Source of the DNA: an uncultured delta proteobacterium
GTDB taxonomy: Bacteria; Desulfobacterota; Binatia; UBA9968
Length of the DNA stretch: 64,000 nt
Assembly (NCBI GenBank): GCA_963755715.1
Contig: CAVWLW010000024.1
Coordinates: forward strand, 1 to 64,000
Reading direction: 5' to 3'
Shown here: positions 59,208-64,000 of the stretch, in pieces
Layout of the letters: every line of letters begins with the position of its first letter
Position numbering within the stretch: position 1 is the stretch's first letter
Notes under the pieces: generated by a model
Seen by the model: the letters and a program-made list of their open reading frames with translations, nothing else
What the model was told of the DNA's origin: nothing
Databases searched by the model: none
Translations under genes and position numbers: made by a program

Positions 59208-60759
59208 TTATGTTTTGGCGCGCAGCTTGAAACGTTGAATCTTGCCAGTGGCGGTCTTCGGCAAGTCGTCGACGAATTCGATCCAGCGCGGGTATTTGTA
59301 GGGCGCGAGCCGGCCTTTCACGTATTGTTGAAGATCGGCGGCAAGCGCCGGCGATTGCGCGGTATCGGGACGAAGCACGACGTAGGCTTTGGGTTTGATC
59401 AAGCCGCTTTCATCGGCCTGACCCACGACTGCGGCCTCAAGCACCGCTGCGTGGGACGCCAGAGTGGACTCGACTTCGAAGGGGGAAACCCAAATCCCGC
59501 TCACTTTCAGCATGTCGTCGTTGCGCCCCGAGTAGGTGAAATAACCGTCATCGCTCTCGCTATATTTGTCGCCACTGCGTGCCCACGTACCGAGAAAGGT
59601 GTTGCGGCTCTTTTCCCGGTTGTTCCAGTAATACGCCGCGCTGGTCGGACCGTTGACTTGAAGCTCGCCGATTTCACCTTTCGGCACAGGCTTGCCGTCT
59701 TCATCGACCAAACGGACTTGATAACCCGGCACTGCTTTTCCGGTGGTGCCGTAGCGCACGTCGCCCGGGCGGTTGGACAAAAAGATGTGAAGCATTTCAG
59801 TCGAGCCCAGACCGTCGAGAATATCGACGCCAGTGTGTTCGCGCCAGCGCCTTCCGACCTCGGGCGGCAGGGCTTCGCCCGCCGAGGTGCAGCGGCGCAG
59901 GTTGAGCTCCTCGCGTTTCGGCAGATCGGGACACGATAAAAGCGCGCTATAAAGCGTCGGCACACCATAAAAAATCGTCGGCCGATGCTCGCGCAGCACG
60001 CGGCAAACCGCTTGCGGTGTTGGCCGGTCGCTGAGCAGGACCGTGGTGGCGCCCACCGAGAGTGGAAAGGTCAGGGCATTCCCCAGGCCATAAGCGAAGA
60101 ACAGTTTTGCCGCGGAAAAGACCACATCGTTTTCCTCAATGCCAAGAATCGGCTGGGCATAGAGCTCGGCAGTGCGCATCAGGCTGGTTTGCACATGCAC
60201 GACTCCCTTGGGCGTTCCTGTGGAGCCTGAGGAATAGAGCCAGAAGCAATCGTCGTCGGGGCGCGTCGGCGCGACCGCAAAAAGGGTAGGCGCGCTTGCC
60301 ATCAGGTCGGAGAGGCGCGGATGCGCCGAGCTGTTCGTTCCGGCAACCACGATATGTTTGAGGAACGGTTGATCGCCTAAGATCGGCTTAAACACCGGCA
60401 GCAACGCTTCGGAGACGATCAACGCCTGAGCGCGGCTGTCGCGCAGCATGAAATCAAAATCGTCGCCAGTAAGGAGCGTGTTGACGGCGACCGGAACAAG
60501 TCCCGCTTTGATCGCGCCGAGAAACACGGCCGGGAAGTCGATCGTGTCGAGCAGACACACCAAGATGCGGGTTTCCAGCGCTAAGCCGAGGTTCGTCAGC
60601 GCATTGGCGCAGCGATTGGTTCGTTCCGCAAGGTCGGTGAAAGTGTAACTGCCGCGCTCATCGATGTAAGCGATCTTATGCGGCCGTGCCGTCACGTTCC
60701 GCTCGATCAGGTCCACCGCTGCGTTATAGAGGGGCAATTTTGGCACTTGCGTCGTTCAT
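59208..60759 (-). CDS. bclA: Benzoate-CoA ligase family protein (5' indel)
   Basis: YNAAVDL, WLYSSGSTGTPKG, AKLFFAYGLGN, DGLGSTEMLHIF and TATGKIQRF. Confidence 0.9.
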
Positions 60760-60874
60760 CTTCGCCTCCCAATCGATTCTGGCGCTTGTTCCTTTGATTC
60801 GGGCCGCAGCCATTAGGGACGGCGTTGTTATTACTATAGAAGGGAAGTTGGCGGCAACCTCGCGGCGCAAGATT

Positions 60875-61897
60875 CTATTTTAAGTAGCCGCGTTCCCGGT
60901 AAAAGCGTCTAGCGCCAGCGTGTAGCGGCACGTCATAGGGCGCTTCTTCGTCGTTGGCGCACAGTTGCGCCACGCGGAGTTCCTTATAGTTGTCGGTGGG
61001 GATCAGGTCGCGGCGCTTTTCGATGGCTTCGCAGAGCGCATAGGCGACTTTATTCGGCATATCCGCACGAACGATCATCGGCCAGCCGCTGAAATCGAGC
61101 GTCGGCACGTCTTCAGCAAGGCGGTTAAAGCGCGTCTTTGTCATCATCGCGGGCCGATAGCCGAGCGCTTTCATGTGTTTCAGCACGATGCCGTCGATGG
61201 GTAAAAAGCGAAAGCCGTGCTCCAGGGCAGTGTGTCCCCAGCTCTTGATGCCTTCATCGAAGATCGCGTTGATTGTGCCTGTCTCAATCCCCTTGCGCCG
61301 GCTCGGATCGCTTGGCCGCGGCGCGTTATGAAGTTTAGCGCCCCAGCGGCGCAGCTCGCCGAGCGAAAAACCCGCCGCGGCCAAAACCGCCGAGACCGTG
61401 AACATCGTCGCATTTCCGGTTAGCGGACTTTTGGGTATCACGCCGGTGGACATGCGCAGCGGAATGCGTTCTTTGCCGATCTGTGACAGTGAAGTGATTC
61501 CCGTCGATACATGAACGGCAAAACCCATGATGTCGTAAGAGGGAAAAACAGCGACGGTCCTGAGCGGCAGCCGTTTGGGGAAGGGACCTGTGCCGCGATA
61601 GGCCATGGTCAATAATACCGATGGGTTCACCCACGCCAGCGAATATTTTCCCTCGGCGACCGCGATGATTTCGCGAAAGCTGCCGGTCGTGAAGGAAATC
61701 GATACCTCCGGCCGGGTTTCGGATTTCTTCGTGTCGAGAGAAAGCCTGAGCACGCGGCCGAGATCGGTATCTGTTTGCAGCATGCCCTCCGCCGCGCGTT
61801 TGGTTTGATACGAAAGCGAACTGTCGTAAAGTCCGGCGGCGATTTCCAGCAGTCCTTTGGCGCGCTGGATGCCGGCGTTATATCGTTGGGTAGCCAT
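60875..61897 (-). CDS. TAXI-family/NMT1-like solute-binding-fold protein without signal peptide
   Basis: INAIFDEG, DFSGWP and DVPLHAGARRFYRERGYL; paralog of 15530..16496. Confidence 0.8.
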   Translation of the reverse strand: MATQRYNAGIQRAKGLLEIAAGLYDSSLSYQTKRAAEGMLQTDTDLGRVLRLSLDTKKSETRPEVSISFTTGSFREIIAVAEGKYSLAWVNPSVLLTMAYRGTGPFPKRLPLRTVAVFPSYDIMGFAVHVSTGITSLSQIGKERIPLRMSTGVIPKSPLTGNATMFTVSAVLAAAGFSLGELRRWGAKLHNAPRPSDPSRRKGIETGTINAIFDEGIKSWGHTALEHGFRFLPIDGIVLKHMKALGYRPAMMTKTRFNRLAEDVPTLDFSGWPMIVRADMPNKVAYALCEAIEKRRDLIPTDNYKELRVAQLCANDEEAPYDVPLHAGARRFYRERGYLK

Positions 61898-62056
61898 AGC
61901 GATTTCAATCCTCCCCGTTGGCGGACCCAACAATAATCGCTGGCGATTGGAATGACAATATCCAAGCAGCGATTTAGCTACGATGAGAAACCCAGCGTAA
62001 ACGGCGACCGTGTTGAGTTGATGAGAGTTGGTTGGAGAAAATTAGAAGGGGAATGC

Positions 62057-62093
62057 GCCGCCGGACCGTCTTCTATTCGGATGGTCCGGCGGC
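62057..62093. terminator. Strong GC stem-loop downstream of the repeat-protein gene
   Basis: gccgccggaccgtc-ttctattcg-gatggtccggcggc. Confidence 0.6.
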
Positions 62094-62107
62094 GATCACT
62101 AGATGAG

Positions 62108-62647
62108 TTATTTCTTCGCCAAGTCGCTTTTTAGCTCGCGTCGCTGCGCGTCCAACTTGCCCTGGTCTTTTCGCAGTTCCACGCGATCGCCGTGAATCTC
62201 TTTCAGATCGCCGCGAATTTCCTGGCGGTCCTTCATGATTTCGGTTTTGCTGGCGCCGTTTCGCAGGTCCCGGCGCAACTCGGCGCGGTCGTTTCTCAGC
62301 TCGGCGTGATCTTTGCGCAGCTCCACACGATCGCCGGAAATCTCTTTGCGGGTGCCGTGAATGTCTTTGAAGTCCTGGCGAATCTCGGCCTTGTTGTGAT
62401 GGCCGCGGTTGTCATAGCGAACATCGCGATGATACTGGCGCGGATCGGGGTGCCGGTAAGAGCGTCGGTCATGTTCGTCGTGGTCGAATTTTTTGGCTTG
62501 ATGTTTTTCCCAGCCTTTGTGTTGCCCATGATTTTCCCGTTCCTGGTGTTCGGACTTGCCTTTCGGGTCCGCCAACGCAGGCAGAGCGGGCATCAATAAG
62601 GTTGCGGAAAGTAACCCTCCCAGGACAAAAACTTTTGAGCGATTCAT
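62108..62647 (-). CDS. Secreted highly charged repeat protein (heptad DRxELRx repeats)
   Basis: Signal peptide; His/Arg/Asp-rich; repeats DRVELRK DHAELRN DRAELRR. Confidence 0.8.
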   Translation of the reverse strand: MNRSKVFVLGGLLSATLLMPALPALADPKGKSEHQERENHGQHKGWEKHQAKKFDHDEHDRRSYRHPDPRQYHRDVRYDNRGHHNKAEIRQDFKDIHGTRKEISGDRVELRKDHAELRNDRAELRRDLRNGASKTEIMKDRQEIRGDLKEIHGDRVELRKDQGKLDAQRRELKSDLAKK

Positions 62648-62696
62648 CTACGTTCTCCTTTGTTACGCACGTTAATATTTTGTTTCTTTCGTTCGG

Positions 62697-63056
62697 TTAA
62701 TATTCGCTACGCTGCAATCGCCCGGTGTTCTGGCGATTTTGGTCGATGACGCGTTGGTTCTGTTGGATCTGTTGCTGATTGTACTGGTACTCGGCTTGTT
62801 CTTGTCCTTGCATGTAGTCGCCCACCAAAGCGCCTGCGCCCAATCCAGTACCAGCGCCAATGGCCGCGCCCATGCCCGGACGGCCGAATGCGCTGCCGAT
62901 CAATCCGCCCGCGGCGGCGCCGCCGACAGCGCCGATGCCAGCGCCCTTTTCTCGAGTCGTGAGTGGCCCGCCGGCACAACCAGCAGTTGTAGCCGCGGCG
63001 ACGGCGAGGATGATTGCCCACTTAGAAAACTTGCCGTTTGTCGTCTGATTTCGCAT
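62697..63056 (-). CDS. Glycine-zipper lipoprotein
   Basis: Lipobox TAGC; GAGIGAVGGAAAGGLIG...GAAIGAGTGLGAGALVG; Gln-rich tail. Confidence 0.88.
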   Translation of the reverse strand: MRNQTTNGKFSKWAIILAVAAATTAGCAGGPLTTREKGAGIGAVGGAAAGGLIGSAFGRPGMGAAIGAGTGLGAGALVGDYMQGQEQAEYQYNQQQIQQNQRVIDQNRQNTGRLQRSEY

Positions 63057-63108
63057 TATGCCTCCCAATCTATTTTCTCTTCGTTCCATTTGGTTGCACA
63101 GCGACTAG

Positions 63109-63125
63109 AGCAACCAATATGCCAG
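63109..63125 (-). promoter_or_regulatory. Sigma-54 promoter
   Basis: Minus strand reads CTGGCATATTGGTTGCT (GG-N10-GC), about 50 nt upstream of ATG 63056. Confidence 0.75.
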
Positions 63126-63360
63126 CGGGTAAAAGGGACCTAACCATTCGAATTTGGCTCAGCCGTTCCAGGACTGACGTTGACCGGCACCGTAAAAATT
63201 ACCTTTGCAGAGTGAAAATGGCCGTTTGAAAAGGTCCTCGATGTGCGCCGGCAGTCATTGTGCTTGAATGCTTATCTGCCGGTGTTGTAGAGCTTAGGCG
63301 AGGACGGGAAGTGTTGGGATGAAAATTGTCCGACAACGGAATCGTCGGCAAAGGGTTAAC

Positions 63361-64000
63361 ATGGCTGTCCAGTTTCGGATCACGACCGCTATTCTGGTCT
63401 TGGTGCTGCAATGCGCTATGGCCGACGCGCAGGAGAAACCCAGGATCTTTCTTGGCGCGTCCAGTAAAACTTTAGGCTATAGCCCGCTCTGGGTGGCATC
63501 GAGGAAAGGATTTTTCGATCAGCAGGGACTCGACGTTCAGTTGGTGTTGTTGCGCGGGGTGCCGATGACGGTCCAAGCGCTGGCGGCAGGCTCCTTGCAC
63601 TTCGGCTCCGGCGGTCCGGAGCCTTACATCGAAGCGTCGGAGCGCGGCCTCGACTTCGTCGTTACCGGCGGCATCATCAACGGCATCGCCCAGTTTCTGA
63701 TCGCTGGCAGGAATTACAAAACATACGAAGATCTGCGCGGCGCCACTTTCGGCACCGCGTCACTCACCGGCGGCACCATCACCGCTCTACGAGAAGCTCT
63801 CAAGCTCAGGGGCCTCGAGTATCCGCGCGACTATAAATTGCTGATCATCGCCGGCGGCTCGTCGGCCAATCTCGCCGCGCTTGCAATCCGGACAGATCGC
63901 GGCGACGACCGTGGCCGTGCCGCTCAACTATGCTGCGGAGGAGTCGGGGCTCAACATTATTGGCCGGCTGAGCGAAGGCATTGCGCATTTTCAGACGAAT
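63361..64000 (+). CDS. NMT1/THI5-like substrate-binding protein (paralog of 52348), truncated by the window end
   Basis: Not in the track: MAVQFRITTAILVLVLQCAMADAQEKPRIFLGASSKTLGYSPLWVA...; one indel near 63880. Confidence 0.88.
   Translation, partial: MAVQFRITTAILVLVLQCAMADAQEKPRIFLGASSKTLGYSPLWVASRKGFFDQQGLDVQLVLLRGVPMTVQALAAGSLHFGSGGPEPYIEASERGLDFVVTGGIINGIAQFLIAGRNYKTYEDLRGATFGTASLTGGTITALREALKLRGLEYPRDYKLLIIAGGSSANLAALAIRTDRGDDRGRAAQLCCGGVGAQHYWPAERRHCAFSDE

Noticed and set aside
1290-59939. Long antisense or alternate-frame ORFs (for example 1290..1952, 26829..27443, 44992..45729, 54455..55126, 59133..59939)
   Set aside because: These are shadows of well-supported genes on the opposite strand in GC-rich DNA, with no family motifs.
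62108-62647. 21-nt periodic DNA repeats as a non-coding array
   Set aside because: They are explained by heptad repeats in a protein with a signal peptide and RBS.
1-64000. Numerous frameshifts as programmed recoding or mass pseudogenisation
   Set aside because: Single-base indels are scattered through unrelated, otherwise well-conserved genes with no common slippery motif. Uncorrected long-read error explains them best; read polishing would confirm.

Overview
This is a gene-dense bacterial chromosomal window. Its content (many orphan NMT1/THI5-, TAXI- and ABC_sub_bind-type substrate-binding proteins, and periodic intergenic palindromes) resembles uncultured Deltaproteobacteria-like lineages such as Ca. 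Binatia; that placement is inference. Many genes carry isolated single-base indels, most likely uncorrected long-read errors. I found no rRNA, tRNA, CRISPR array, integrase or transposase. The most structured signal is at about 2.3-12.8 kb, a self-contained sigma-54 regulon. It has four -24/-12 promoters, three copies of a tandem 18-bp operator pair (GGTG-N10-CACC, 3-bp gap), two related sensor kinases and one NtrC-type activator. It also has three substrate-binding proteins without any permease (two are Tat-exported and Cys-rich) and a SCO-family protein, which suggests a periplasmic-receptor signalling system rather than a transporter. Next comes a 2.7-kb patch bounded by a 22-bp direct repeat, holding thrC and cas3-like fragments. 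The rest is mainly catabolic or housekeeping: a TPP enzyme, GST, MFS transporters, ALDH, an itaconate/C5-dicarboxylate-like CoA cluster, benzoate-CoA ligase with an ABC importer, and a peroxiredoxin. There are also a TIR-TM gene, a nucleotidyltransferase TA-like pair, a truncated FdhF/YdeP enzyme and a divergent LspA-like protein.
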